Counted from the stretch's first letter, positions 1 to 12,947 are shown. The stretch: 64,000 nt of DNA from Mobula hypostoma (GCF_963921235.1 NC_086097.1:119290001-119354000), one strand, 5' to 3'. A program made the numbers and translations. The notes: generated by a model not told the origin, from the sequence alone.

Positions 1-380
1 AGGGGAGATTTGATAGAGGTATATAAACTTATGATGGGTATAGATAGAATGAATGCAAACAGGCTTTTTCCACTGAGGCAAGGGGAGAAAAAAAACAGAG
101 GACATGGGTTAAGGGTGAGGGGGGAAAGGTTTAAAGGGAACATTAGCGGGTGCTTCTTCACAGAGAGAGTGGTGGGAGTATGGAATGAGCTGCCAGACGA
201 GGTGGTAAATGCGGGTTCTTTTTTAACATTTAAGAATAAATTGGACAGATACATGGATGGGTGGTGTATGGAGAGATATGGTCCGTGTGCAGGTCAGTGG
301 GACTAGGCAGAAAATGGTTCGGCACAACCAAGAGGGGCCAAAAGGCCTGTTTCTGTGCTGTAGTTTCTATGGTTTCTATG
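1..380 (+). mobile_element. CR1 LINE 3' end (ORF2 C-terminus, 3' UTR, microsatellite tail)
   Basis: ORF 10-306 LIEVYKLMMGIDR..RGHGL..FFTERVVGVWNELP is the typical CR1 ORF2 C-terminus; TTTCTA(T/G)-type tail at about 363-380. Confidence 0.92.
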
Positions 381-649
381 TGAAATCTGACTTGCCTCTA
401 CGTACAATGTTTTTTAACAGAACGGCTATTTATTAATTAATTTTGCTATAATTTTCAAATGACCTCGTCAGACTCCTTGCCTTAAAGATGTAAAGAACCC
501 GCCTCTAATCCGGTCTCAGTGGTTACATGAGTTTTGGGTCACTCTCCAAGATTTCCTAGTTTTAACAATCTCATCAACATCCCCAAAGCAAGATATTAGA
601 ACATTTGTATTCTTAAGATTGGCTTAATTTGTTTCACCATACTCTCATT

Positions 650-1415
650 AAGCATCCTGGTGTAACAAAGCAAAAATTAATGGGAAGATAGAGGATTGGG
701 AAGTTTTTAAAAATCTACAGAGAGCAACAAACAAATCATTAGAATGGAAAAGATGAAATATGAAAAGAAGCTAGCAAATAATATCAAAGTGGATAGTAAA
801 AGTTCTTTTCAAGTATGTTAAAAATAAAAGAGAAATGGCAGAGGATGTAGAACCGCTAGAAAACGAGGCAGGAGAAATAATAACAGTAGTCAAGGAGATG
901 GCTGATGAACTAAATGAGTATTTTGCATCAGCCTTCACTGTGGAAGACACTAGCAGTCTACCTGGTGGAGAAAGAGGAGTGGGTTCAGTTACTGTTACAA
1001 GAGAGAAGGTATTCAAAAAGCTGAAAGACCTTAAGGTACATAAGTCACCCAGACCAGAGCAACTACCTAGGGTTCTGAAAAAGGTAGCATTACAGATTAT
1101 GGTGGCATTAGAAATGATCTTTCAAAAATCATTGGAATCTAGCACGCTGCCAGAGGATTGGAAAATTGCCAATGTTGCTCCATTATTTAAGAAAGGAGGA
1201 AGGCATCAGAAAGGGAATTATACTCATTAGCCTGACCTCAGTGGCTAGGAAGATGTTAGAGTTAATTGTTAAGAATAAGGAGATGGATAACTTGACGACT
1301 TTGGACAATAGTTCATCATAGTTTCCTTCATGGAAAATCCTGCCGGATGTACCTGTTGGAATTCGTTGAGGAGATTACAAGTAGGATACATGAAAAGGAT
1401 GCAGTGAATGCTGTA
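650..1415 (+). mobile_element. CR1 LINE ORF2 fragment (5' piece of a copy continued at 2556-2820, 4369-4631 and 6257-6449)
   Basis: ADELNEYFASAFTVED, PEDWKIANVAPLFKKG; interrupted at the VYLDFQKAFD motif by a Rex1 insertion. Confidence 0.9.
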
Positions 1416-2555
1416 ACTTTAACTTTATACTTTATTGTCACCAAGCAGTTGATACTAGAACATACAATCATCACAGAGATATTTGATTCTGCGCTTCCTG
1501 CTCCCTGAATTACAAATATTAAATAGTAAAAATAGTAAAAATTAGTAAATATTAAAAATTTAGATTATAAAGCATAAATAGAAAAATAGAAAAATGGAAA
1601 GTAAGGTAGTGCAAAAAAACCAAGAGGCAGGTCCGGGTATTTGGAGGGTACGGCCCAGATAGGGGTCAGGATCCGTTCAGCAGTCTTATCACAGTTGGAA
1701 AGAATCTGTTCCCAAATCTGACCGTACGAGTCTTCAAGCTCCTGGGCCTTCTCCCAGAGGGAAGAAGGACGAACAGTGTGTTGGCTGGGTGGGTCATGTC
1801 CTTGATTATCCTGGCAGCACTGCTTTGACAGCGTGCGGTGTAAAGTGAGTCCAAGGACAGAAGATTGATTTGTGTGATGTGCTGCGCCGTGTTCACGATC
1901 TTCTGCGCTTCTTTCGGTCTTGGAGAGAACAACTTCCATACCAGGTTGTGATGCCCCCTAGAAGAATGCTTTCTAAGGTGCATCTATAAAAATTAGTGAG
2001 GGTTTTAGGAGACAGGCCAAATTTCTTTAGTTTTCTCAGGAAGTAAAGGCACTGGTGGGCCTTCTTGGCAGTGAACTCTGCTTGGTTGGACCAAGTCAGG
2101 TCATTTGTGATATTGACCCCGAGGAACTTAAAGCTTTTGACCTGTTCCACTTGACACCACCAATGTAAATTGGGTAGTGCAGTCCGCTACTCCTTCTGAA
2201 GTCAACAACCAATTCCTTCGTCTTGCTGATGTTGAGGGAAAGGTTATTGTCTTCGCACCATACCACTAGGTTCTTAATTTCCTCTCTGTACTCAAACTCA
2301 TCATTACCTGAGATACGGCCTACAATTGTGTCATCAGCAAACTTACATATTGAGTTCGATGGAAACTTGGCTACACAATCATGGGTGTACAGTGAGTACA
2401 GCAGGGGGCTGAGTACACAGCCTTGTGGGGCACCGGTGCTCAGAGTGATTGTAGAGGAGAGCTTGTCCCCTATTTTTACAGCCTGGGTCCTGTCTGTGAG
2501 GAAATTGAAGATTCAGCTGCAGATCTGAGTGCTGAGGCCCAGGTTCCGGACCTTA
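1416..2555 (-). mobile_element. Rex1/Babar-type LINE, 5'-truncated, nested in CR1
   Basis: Minus ORFs EQVKSFKFLGVNITNDLTW..LYFLRKLKKF..NFYRCTLESIL and HP..LF.LLPSGRR..RFGNRFFP; short AAAGT(A/T) tail at the left end; CR1 continues collinearly on both sides. Confidence 0.88.
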
Positions 2556-3066
2556 GGACTTTCAGAAGGTCTTTGACAGGGTGCCACACATGAGATTGCT
2601 TACCAAGTTAAAAGTATTACAGAAAAGTTACTAACATGATTAGAGCATTGGCTGATTGATAAGAGGCGCTAAGTGGGAATACAAGGATCCTTTTCTGGTT
2701 GGCTGCCAGTGAATAGTGGTGTTCCACAGGGGTTGGTGTTAGGACCACTTTTTATGCTGTATATCAATGATATAGATATCAATGATTTAGATGATGGAAT
2801 AGATGGATTTGTTGCCAGATGTGCAGATGAGTGGGCAAACTCATGGCAGATGCAATTTAATGTGGATAAATGTGAAGTTATCCACTTTGGTGGCAAAAAT
2901 AGGAAAACAGATTATTATCTGAATGGTGGCCGATCAGGAAAAGGGGAGGTGCAACGAGACCTGGGTGTCATTATACACCAGTCATTGAAAGTGGACATGC
3001 AGGTACAGCAGGCGGTGAAAAAGGCGAATGGTATGCTGGCATTTATAGCGAGAGGATTCGAGTACA
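2556..3066 (+). mobile_element. CR1 RT fragments (two pieces joined near 2820)
   Basis: SGVPQGLVLGPLF.LYIND, then a jump to WQMQFNVDKCEVIHFG..QRDLGV..VKKANGMLAFIARGFEY. Confidence 0.88.
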
Positions 3067-4367
3067 GCTTATCCACTGATGTCTACTATAAGCCTACTGA
3101 CTCTCACAGCTATCTGGACTATTCCTCTTCTCACCCTGTCTCTTGCAAAAACGCCATCCCCTTCTCGCAATTCCTCCGTCTCCGCCGCATCTGCTCTCAG
3201 GATGAGGCTTTTCATTCTAGGACGAGGGAGATGTCTTCATTTTTTAAAGAAAGGGGCTTCCCTTCCTCCACTATCAACTCTGCTCTTAAACGCATCTCCC
3301 TCATTTCACGTACATCTGCTCTCACTCCATCCTCCCACCACCCCACTAGGAATAGGGTTCCCCTGGTCCTCACCTACCACCCCACCAGCCTCCGGGTCCA
3401 ACATATTATTCTCCGTAACTTCCACCACCTCCAACGGGATCCCACCACTAAGCACATCTTTCCCTCCCCGCCTCTCTCTGCATTCCGCAGGGATCGCTCC
3501 CTACACAACTCCCTTGTCCATTCGTCCCCCCCATCCCTCCCCACTGATCTCCCTCCTGGCACTTATCCGTGTAAGCGGAACAAGTGCTACACATGCCCTT
3601 ACACTTCCTCCCTTACCACCATTCAGGGCCCCAAACAGTCCTTCCAGGTGAGGCATCACTTCACCTGTGAGTCGACTGGGGTGATATACTGCGTCCGGTG
3701 CTCCCGATGTGGCCTTTTATATATTGGTGAGACACGATGCAGACTGGGAGACCGCTTTGCTGAACATCTACGCTCTGTCCGCCAGAGAAAGCAGGATCTC
3801 CCAGTGGCCACACATTTTAATTCCACATCCCATTCCCATTCTGACATGTCTATCCACGGCCTCCTCTACTGTAAAGATGAAGCCACACTCAGGTTGGAGG
3901 AACAACACCTTATATTCCGTCTGGGTAGCCTCCAACCTGATGGCATGAACATTGACTTCTCTAACTTCCGCTAGGCCCCACCTCCCCCTCGTACCCCAGC
4001 TGTTACTCATTTTTATGCACACATTCTTTCTCTCACTCTCCTTTTTCTCCCTCTGTCCCTCTGAATATACGTCTTGCCCATCCTCTGGGTCACCCCCCCC
4101 CCGTCTTTCTTCCCGGACCTCCTGTCCCATGATCCTCTCATATCCCCTTTTGCCTATCACCTGTCCAGCTCTCGGCTCTATCCCTCCCCCTCCTGTCTTC
4201 TCCTATCATTTTGCATCTCCCCCTCCCCCTCCAGCTTTCAAATCCCTTACTCACTCTTCCTTCAGTTAGTCCTGACGAAGGGTCTCGGCCTGAAACGTCG
4301 ACTGCGCCTCTTCCTATAGATGCTGCCTGGCCTGCTGCGTTCACCAGCAACTTTGATGTGTGTTGCT
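3063..4367 (+). mobile_element. Penelope-like element, Neptune-type: RT C-terminus/thumb, GIY-YIG endonuclease and 3' pLTR; 5'-truncated
   Basis: Open frame to the stop at 3974: TDVYYKPTDSHSYLDYSSSHP..IPFSQFLRLRRICS, Cys linker CKRNKCYTC, GIY-YIG VIYCVRCSRCGLLYIGETRCRLGDRFAEH..LQPDGMN; pyrimidine-rich 3' region followed by a hammerhead-containing repeat. Confidence 0.93.
4268..4303 (+). ncRNA. Minimal type I hammerhead ribozyme motif in the PLE pLTR
   Basis: AGTC-CTGACGA-A-GGGTC TC GGCCT-GAAA-CGTC-GACT: stem I AGTC/GACT, intact CUGANGA and GAAA core, stem II, palindromic ACGT in place of stem III, GUC triplet ending at 4299. Confidence 0.85.
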
Positions 4368-4631
4368 CCCATGAGGAACGTTTGATGGCTCTGGGTGTGT
4401 ATTCGCTGGAATTCAGAAGGATGAAGGGGGGAATCTCATTGAAAGCTTTCAAATGTTAAAAGGCCTAGACAGAGTTGATTTGGGAAGGATGTTTCTCATG
4501 ATGGGAGAGTCTATGACAAGGGGGCACAGCCTCAGGATGGAGGAGTGCCCTTTCAAAACAGAGATGCGGAGAAATTTCTTTCGTCAAAGGATGGTGAATT
4601 TGTTGCCACATGCAGCTGTAGAAGCCAGGTC

Positions 4632-6256
4632 CATAAGATATAGAGCAGAAGTCGGCCATTCAGTCTATAGAGTCTGCTCCACCATTCGGTCATGGGCTGA
4701 TCTAATTCTTTCAGTCACCCCCACTCCCTGCCTTCGCCCCATACCCTTTGATGCCCTGGCTAATCAAGAACCTATCTATCTCTGTCTTAAATACACCCAA
4801 TAGGTCATTGGCCATTGCAGCTGCTCATGGCAACAAATTCCACAGATTTATCACCCTCTGACTAAATAATTTCTCTGCATCTCAGTTCTAAATAGATGTC
4901 CTTCAATCCTGAAGTTGTGCCCTCTTGTCCTCGAATCCCATACCATGGGAAATAACTTTGCCATATCTAATCTGTTCAGGCCTTTTAACATTCAGAATGT
5001 TTCTATAAGACTCCCCTCCCCCAATTCTCCTGAAATCCAGGGAAAATAGCCCAAGAGCTGCTAGATGTTGCTCATACGGCAACCCTTTCATTCCTGCAGT
5101 CATTCTCGTGAATCTTCTCTGAACCCTCTCCAATGTCAGTATATCCTTTCTAAAATAAGAAGCCCAAAACTTCACACAATACTCCGTGTGGTTTCACCAA
5201 TGCCTTATAGAGCCTCAACATCACATCCCTGCTCTTATATTCGATACCGCTAGACATGTATGCCAACATTTCATTCACCTTCTTCTCAACCGACTCAACT
5301 TGAAATTTAACCTTTAAGGTATCTTGAACAAGAACTCCTAAATCCTTTTACATCTCTGCATTTTGAATTTGCTCCTCATCTAAATAATAGTCTGCCTGTT
5401 TATATCTTCCACCAAAGTGCATAACCATACACTTTCCAACATTGTATTTTATATGCCACTTCTTTGCCCATTCCTCTAAACTATCTAAGTCTCTCTGCAG
5501 TGTTTCCTCAACACTACCCACTCCTCCACCTAGCTGTGTATCATTGGCAAATTTAGCCACAAATCCATCAATCCCCATAGTCTAAGTCATTGACATACAT
5601 CATAAAAAGCAACGCAGACCACTGTGGAATTCTACTGGTAACCAGCAGCCAACCAGAATAGGATCCCTTTATTCCCAGTCTATTTTCTGCTGACCTACGC
5701 TAGTAACTTCCCTGTAATTCCCTGGGCTCTTATCTTTCTAAGCAGCCTCAAGTGCGGCACCTTGTCAAAAGCCTTTTGAAAATCCAAGTACACCACATCT
5801 ACTACAGCTCCTTTGTCTACCGTGCTTGTAATTTCCTCAAAGAATTGCAGTAGGTTTGTCAGGCAGGATTTTCCTTTCAGGAAACCATGCTGGCTTAGGC
5901 CTATCTTGTCATGTGCCTCCAGCCAGGTACTCCATAATGCCATCCTTAACAATCGATTCCAACAACTTCCCAACCACTGATGTCAGGCTAACAGGTCTAT
6001 AGTTTCCTTCCTGCTGCCTCCCTTCTTAAATAGTGGAGTAACATTTGCAATTTTCCATTCACCCAGTACAATGCCAGAATCCATCCATTCTTGAAAGATC
6101 ATTGTTAACGCCTCGACAATCTCTCCAGCTACTTCCTTCAGAACCCAAGGGTGCATTCCATCAGGTCCAGGAGATTTATCCACCCTCAGACTATTAAGCT
6201 TTCTGAGCACCTTCTCAGTTGTAATTTTCACTGTACAAACTTCATATCTCTGAAAT
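4632..6256 (-). mobile_element. CR1 LINE, 5'-truncated (RT to 3' tail), inserted antisense into another CR1 3' end
   Basis: Minus ORFs DKSPGPDGMHP, SQHGFLKGKSCLTNLL..YLDFQKAFDKVPH, LERVQRRFTRM; host CR1 resumes at 6257 (GGTC at both junctions). Confidence 0.9.
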
Positions 6257-6625
6257 GGTCATTGGGTGTTTTTAAGGCAGAGATTGATAAGTTCTTGATT
6301 GAACATGGCACCAAAGGTGACTGGAAGAAGGCCAGGAACAGGAGATTTTTAAAAAAAAAGGATCCACCATGATTGAATAACAGAGCAGACTCGATGGACC
6401 AGATGGTCTAATTTTGCTCCTATGCCTTATGGTTTTGTGGTCCTATGGTAATATATGTAAAAGATGCTTCACCAAGCCCTTAAAATAATATTATAATATG
6501 ACCATATTATTAGAAAGATTTTCATGTTACAAATGAAAATACTTAATCCTCTGGCACAGTTTTACTCAACCATAATGGAATGGGAAGCAGACTCTGAGTC
6601 AAATAGCCTTGTGATATTACTTCTT

Positions 6626-7119
6626 TGTCAGGGCACTGAAGCAGGGACCCAATCGCAGACCAAGTACTATGCGCACTGTGATATTTACTGAGTAGCAAAT
6701 CCAGAGGAGAAACAAAGTCAAAGTTCAGGTGGAGATCAAAAATTCCAGAGAAATCCAAAAACCAAAATCGTATTCAGACCGACAGAGGTCAGATACGAAT
6801 ACTGGTAAGGCTCAGGAAAACTCACTGATACAATCTGGCAACAAACAGCTGAAAACACAGGACTGAAATACACTGAGCAATAAACAGAGAGGCAGATGAT
6901 AGGTGGAGCACAATGAGAGAAGTTGCAGCAATACAGGTAATAATGAGAAACAGGTGTGAGGCGGAGTACTCAGTAATACAGGGGCTGGAGTAGAGCAGGA
7001 GCGGGGACAGGAGCACATGGGGCATGAAAACAAACAAGAGCGCATGGCAATACAAACCACAGACTGTCGGCTAGGGGAAAAACACACAAAAAGACTAAGT
7101 TCAACTGGAGGTACTGACA
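6626..7119 (-). mobile_element. Gypsy (Tf1/sushi-like) solo LTR, 494 bp
   Basis: TGTCA...TGACA termini; perfect 5-bp TSD TTCTT (6621-6625 and 7120-7124). Confidence 0.85.
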
Positions 7120-7694
7120 TTCTTATGGTTTGTCTTATGGCATGATTTGCAGGGAGGGAATAGTACAAGGTGAATCTCGTGGAATCCTTCCCTTAAAGTC
7201 CTAAAACTAGGATGGAAACTTCAGTCACAAATCCACAGCTACCTCAGCCACACCCAGAAAGAGGTTGGAGCAGAGTATTATCATACCTGGCATACCTGGC
7301 ATCCAGAGAGATGAGCATAAAACTTAATGGCAACTCCTGCTAGTGAGGTTATATTGTCTCAAGAGCAAGTGGTGTTTTATGATCAAAAACCTGCAGAAAA
7401 AAAGAACCTCAGGGTTGTATGTACTCTGATAAATTTTACTTTGAAATTTGATAGATTTGTTTTATGTTTGTTGAACCAAACACCAAATAACTCACTGTTA
7501 TCAGCTTGACCAAAGCAATAGTAGCAGTAACTGAAATATTACCATGAAAAATCATTGCTGAAGATCTCAAGGTCGTCACGAAATCTTATTTCAAACACAC
7601 TCAGACAACCTGATGGTATTCAACTAATAGGAACTTAAAAGGATCCACATAGAAACAAGCATAAAACTCTGGAGTAAGCCAGCAGGTTGTGCTG

Positions 7695-7990
7695 AGGGCA
7701 ACCACAATGGTGTGGTGGCTAGAGCAGTGCTATGGCAGCTTAGGGCATTCTGTAGTTTGGAGTTCATTTGCAGTGCCGTCTGTAAGGAGCTTGTACATTC
7801 TCCCCATGAATTGCGTGGGTTCTCTCTGGGTGCACCAGTTTCCTCCCACAGTTGAAATATGTACTGTTTAATTGCAAATTGCCCTGTGACTTAGGCTAGT
7901 GTTAAATAGGTGGGTTGTTGGGTGGTGCAGCTGATTAGGCCAGGAGGATCTGTTCTGCGTCGTATATCTTAATAAAAACTAAAAAAAAAC
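7695..7990 (+). mobile_element. V-SINE (HE1/DANA-like), degenerate
   Basis: Central domain TTCTCCCCATG..GCGTGGGTT..GGGTGCACCAGTTTCCTCCCACAG; A-rich tail; related copy at 52465-52752. Confidence 0.7.
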
Positions 7991-8309
7991 AGATGGCATC
8001 CACGGAGAGGAATATACCCTTGAGACTTCAGGGCCAGACCTTTCATTAGGATACAAAGCATTTGTCTGCATTGTCTTGACAGCTACCATAATTAATAAGT
8101 TCTTCACTTTTGTACTGGAAAAAAAATCATCATTGATTTGACAAGATCCAGGAGCTAATTACCAACAGGTACAAGGTGTTCCAGGATTGAAGCCCTAACA
8201 TGCCGAAAGGAAAAAATGATACTCTCCAGGCAACTATAGGCCATGATATAATGGAAACCCACGACATATGGCACTCGTGAGTATAAAGATCTCAAAGCTT
8301 AGCAACATT

Positions 8310-9095
8310 GATTTCTCTGCCCCCTCCCACTCCTTCCCCTCTCTTTTATTTGGTTCTGCATTCTGGCTCTTCTCTTAACTCTTCTCTTCTTGCTGCCCAT
8401 CAACTCCCTCTGGTGCCCCTCTTCCTTCTCTGTCTTCCAGCTCTTTATCTCTTCCATCTATCACTCTAGCTTCTCATTTTATGCCCCTGCTACCACCTCC
8501 CCCCTCACCTGCTTTCACCTTTCACCAGCTTGTTTCAATAGGTACATTTGATGTCAGAGAAATGTATACAATATACATCCTGAAATTCTTCTTCTTCGCA
8601 AACATCCACAAAATCAGGGGAGTGCCCCAGAGAATGAATGACAGTTAAATGTTAGAACATCAAAGCCCCAGCCTGCTCCTCCCCTCACACGCATGACCAG
8701 CAGCAAAGCTAAAAAGCATCAGCACCCCCACCGAGCACTCAAGCGTGCAGCAAAGCATCAATAAAGACACAGACTTGCAGTACCCCAAAGACGACTTGAT
8801 CACCTGGTAATTTAACATACCACAGGCTCTCTCTCTCTCTCCCAAATAAGGGAAAAAGAGGCGTCTCTGTTTCAGATTCCTTCCTCTCCACCCCTTTATC
8901 TTTCCTACTCAAGTGGCTTCACCTATCTCCTTCTCAAAAGCCTCCTTCCCCTCCCCCCACCTTTTTATTCTGGCATCATCCCTCTTCCTTTTCAGTTCTG
9001 AAGAATGGTCGTGGCCTGAAATGTCAACTATTTATTCATTTTTATAGGTACTGCTTGACCAGCTGAGTTCCTCCAGCATTTTGTGTGTGTTGTTA
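8310..9095 (+). mobile_element. Degenerate PLE 3' region/pLTR with hammerhead motif at 8994-9029, interrupted by another repeat at about 8530-8875
   Basis: Similar to 3980-4367; AGTT-CTGAAGA-A-TGGTC GT GGCCT-GAAA-TGTC-AACT. Confidence 0.7.
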
Positions 9096-11119
9096 TTTTT
9101 GCTCGTGTTCGGCTTTGTTGTGTTCTGTGTTGGTCCGAACATTATTGGCACTGGAATGTGTGGCGATACTCGCGGGCTGCACCCCCCAGGACACCCTTGT
9201 GTTGATGGCTAACCCACGTGACACATTTCTTCATATTTCCATGTTACACCTGATAAATAAACTTGAATCTTGCATCCTGATATTTTAGTTGTTTTCTGCT
9301 GGAAATAATTCATTGATATCTTCTACCCAAATTTGTCCTGCATCTGGGCATACCTATTCCATGATCAAGTCTGCTGTGGAGTATGAAAATTCAGCAGCCC
9401 ATCCCTTAATATGATTATTATCTAGTTACAGAAAGTGAGTTTCCAAGAGTTTGAAAACCGCAGCCTGCAATCAAACCTTCTCCCCTCTAATGCTACCACT
9501 GACGCGAGCTTCACCATTGTTAACCAGTTCAGTTTGCGATACAAGGATGCCTGGCTTTAACAAATGTTAAAGGAAAACACCTGACATAAACCACACCTTC
9601 ACATTTGTCTTCTGACCCACATCTTGCTTTGAATCCGGCAGCTACTCGGAGATGTGAATTGAGGATGTAACCAGAGGTAATAAATAGGAGACGATAATAT
9701 GGATGGAATGCCAGCATGCAGAAACCCATGCGGCAAAATTGCGCAAAAGACCTAATAAGATGCTGATTATTGCAAGAATGCAAGTTAAATTACCAGCAGC
9801 AATCAGTTTAAGTGTGCAGTCAGCAGATTGACTGCCTGATGCTAATTTTTTGCTGACAAATCCTGAGAAACAACGACATGGGGTACATTTTCATGTAAAT
9901 CACAGTAGTACATATAACACAGGATAACTTGTGAAGGTAAGAATCAAATCTACAGATGAATCACACATAAGAAAATAAACTGAAGTGCATTAATATTAAA
10001 TATTGTAAGATACAGAACAGATTAACCAGTGATACTTTGAATATGGTGCGGCAGGGAGTTCAGAAGCCTAATGGCCTGGGGGAAGAAACAGTTTCTCAAC
10101 CTGACCGTTCTTGTTTTTATGTATCATAGTCTACTGCCTGATGCTAGAAAGTCAGAGGATGCTGGATGGATGAGTGGAATCCTGAATAATCCTCAGGGCT
10201 CTGGCTATGCAGCACTCATGATAAGTGTCCCTGATGGATGGTACGGAGACCCCCATGTGCCTTTTCCAAGTTGCTTGCACGGTGCAACACCTCACCAATC
10301 AGATTAAGTTAGTATTTCAGAAGCTCTGCTATGATTGATTGCTGGTTGTATCCGACAAGGACAGGGAAGACTGTGCAGGAATGATTTTAAAGTGGAAAAG
10401 CGATTGCATTAGGACAGTTCAACTCTCTTATCCTTGGAATTCTAGGTCCAGTGGTATGAGTAGTTGTCACAGCTACATTCTTCTTGGCTGCAGTGGATGA
10501 CCATGACTTCTTCTGTGCCTTATCATGCTCTTGTCTCCAGAAGTGTTGCAAAGCCACCTTCCTGGTCATTGGTTGAGATCATTCTTCTAGTCCGTCGGAG
10601 TTGATTTTGCATGTTAGGACAGGCGTGTCCCTACCTCGCTGCGGTTTGAGGCCTGCCAGCTGGTTTAGCCCACTTGTCAAAGCAGGTGTACTGGGGTGTG
10701 GCCGCTGTTTCATGCAAAAAGCTATTTAGAGCCACAGGTGAGAGCTGAGTGTCTGGTGGGGACCAAAGGCGAGTGTGCTGACCTAGGATGGACATGACAA
10801 GCCCTCTTCCCAGAGGTGGCACTTCCCTGGGCATCTCACACACACCAGCTCTGCTATACTGATAAGTTAAATTAGGAAGCGTAATGGGTGTTGGTGGGTG
10901 AAGACAGTGAATGGTGTAGGAGTGGAAAACTTCTCAGTAGAGGGTAAGTGCAAGGGCATTTATCTAATTAACATTATTTTAAACTTGTAAGTACTTCTGC
11001 ACATTGATTACAGGGTACTATAAGTTTCTCATAAATGCCCAATTTTCATGAGGTAATGTTCTATTTACAGAGGGAACCTGGTCTGTGCAATTCAGAGGCT
11101 TACAGATTTCAACAGCCAA

Positions 11120-12930
11120 AATCAGAATCAGAATCAGGTTTAATATCACTGGCATATGACATGAACTTTGTTGCTGTGTGGCAGCAGTACATGCATTACA
11201 TAATAACAGCAGTAAATTACAGTAAGTGTGTGTGTATGTATATATATTTATATTTAAAATAAGTAGTGCAAAAAAAGCAAAGAAAATAAATATTAAGGTA
11301 GTGTTCATTGTCCATTCAGACATCTGATGGCAGAAAGGAAGAAGCTGTTCCTGAAATGTTGAGTGTGTGTCTTCAGGCTCCAGAACCTCCTCCTTGATGG
11401 TAGCAATGAGAAGAGGACATTCCTGGGTGATAGGAGTCCTTAATGGTGGATGACACCTTTCTGAGGCATCGCCTTTTGAAAAGTTCACAATGCTGTGGAG
11501 GCAAGTGCCCGTGATGGAGCTGTCACATACCACGTGACGGGTTAAAGAACCTGCAGAAACGGACAACACCTTGGAGTCTGGTATTGCTGTTAACGAATGT
11601 TATTTATTAGTAACTACACGGTACAGTAATATAAATTCAGATATATCAAGCAGGTTGGCAACGATTATATATCAGTGTGGAAATATATAAAATCAAGCTT
11701 CTTCAAGCCTAGGGATTAAATGGATACAGTCTTACGATGATGGGTAATGTAATCAGTTCAGTTCGTGGTATTAAGTTGAGTAGTGATGGAGAGAGAGAGA
11801 GAGGTGTTGTGGTTGTCTGAGTAAGCCGATGCCGTCGATTCTTCCCATTACCTCCGATACTTCCAAGTTAGCCAAACTTGACTAACTTAAGAGCGCCGTC
11901 TTCAAGTGATAGTCTACCAACCCAGGCAAAGTTTAGACACACGGGTAGACTCCACAGGGTCGCTCTTTCACGCACTAACAATCACAGATCGATTCCTCAC
12001 GATTGATCCTCAGTCCCACACTCGTGGGCACCTGAACAGGATGGTGGTAACTTCACCACACCCTAGAGTGTCTGCGTGTCCTGTGAAACAAGCAATTATG
12101 CAGGTTTAAATACTGTTGTGCTGAACACCAGCTGTCCATCAAGTAGCTCCTCTCTTCTCTCTCTGTAGGAAATCAGAAGCTGGCAGTGTCCTTGCAGAAA
12201 TTCCAAAGAAACTGTGAGCAGTCTTCGCCTTTCTCTCTCTCTCTCAATAACAAGCTGTTTGTGCTGTACAGCTGCACGCCCTCTCTCTTTCTTTTTAAAA
12301 GCAAAATTCATAATAAATAGCTCAGGATATCGTCACTGAGCTAACTGAGTTTAAATCCTTTCACAGCTTCTTCTGATCCTGTGCAGTGTCTCTTCCATAT
12401 CAGATGGTGATCCAATGAGTTTGAATGCTCCCCATGGTACATATGTAGAAATTTGCAAGTCTATGGTGACATACAGAGTCTCCTCAAACTCCTAATGAAA
12501 CATAGCCACTGTCATCCCATCTTGTAATTGTATCATTGTGTTTGCTCAGGATAGATCATCAGAGATGTTGATGCCTAGGAACTTGAAACTGTTCACCCTT
12601 TTCATTGCTGATTCCTCAATGAGGACTGGTGTTGACTTCTCATTCTTGAACTCCACAATCAATTCCTTGGTCTTAGTGACATTGAGTGCAAGGTATTTGT
12701 TGCATTACCACTCAACCAACTGATCGATGTCACTCCTGTATGCCTCCCCATCACTATCTGAAATTCTACCATCAACAGTTGTGTCATCAGAAATATATAG
12801 ATGACATTTGAGCAGTGCCTATCCTCACAGTTGTGGGTGTAGAGAGAGTAAAGCAGTGAGCTAAGCATGCATTCTTGAGGTGTGTTAGTGTTGACTGTCA
12901 ATGAGGAGGAGATGGTATTTCCTATTTGCT
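11120..12930 (-). mobile_element. Rex1-type LINE fragment interrupted by a solo LTR
   Basis: (AATCAG)n tail near 11120; RT remnant TPQECMLSSLLYSLYTHNC (ORF 12659-12952). Confidence 0.75.
11521..12337 (-). mobile_element. Solo LTR, 817 bp, 4-bp TSD (a different LTR lineage from the 5-bp TSD ones)
   Basis: TGTCAC at the left end and GTCACT (one change from GTCACA) at the right; GAGC duplicated at 11517-11520 and 12338-12341; host LINE continuous across it; AATAAA on the minus strand near 11605. Confidence 0.75.
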
Positions 12931-12947
12931 CGAAATGCCAGATATTA

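Noticed and set aside
450..476. Minus-strand CTGACGA..GAAA hammerhead-like core
   Set aside because: No credible stem I, II or III pairing and no pLTR context; likely chance.
3079..4459. Overlapping alternative-frame and antisense ORFs
   Set aside because: Shadows of the C-rich PLE coding strand and low-complexity pLTR.
10330..10845. Possible structured ncRNA or exon (also 54100-54400)
   Set aside because: GC-balanced sequence that looks like RTE-type 5' UTR or SINE debris; I cannot support a specific call.
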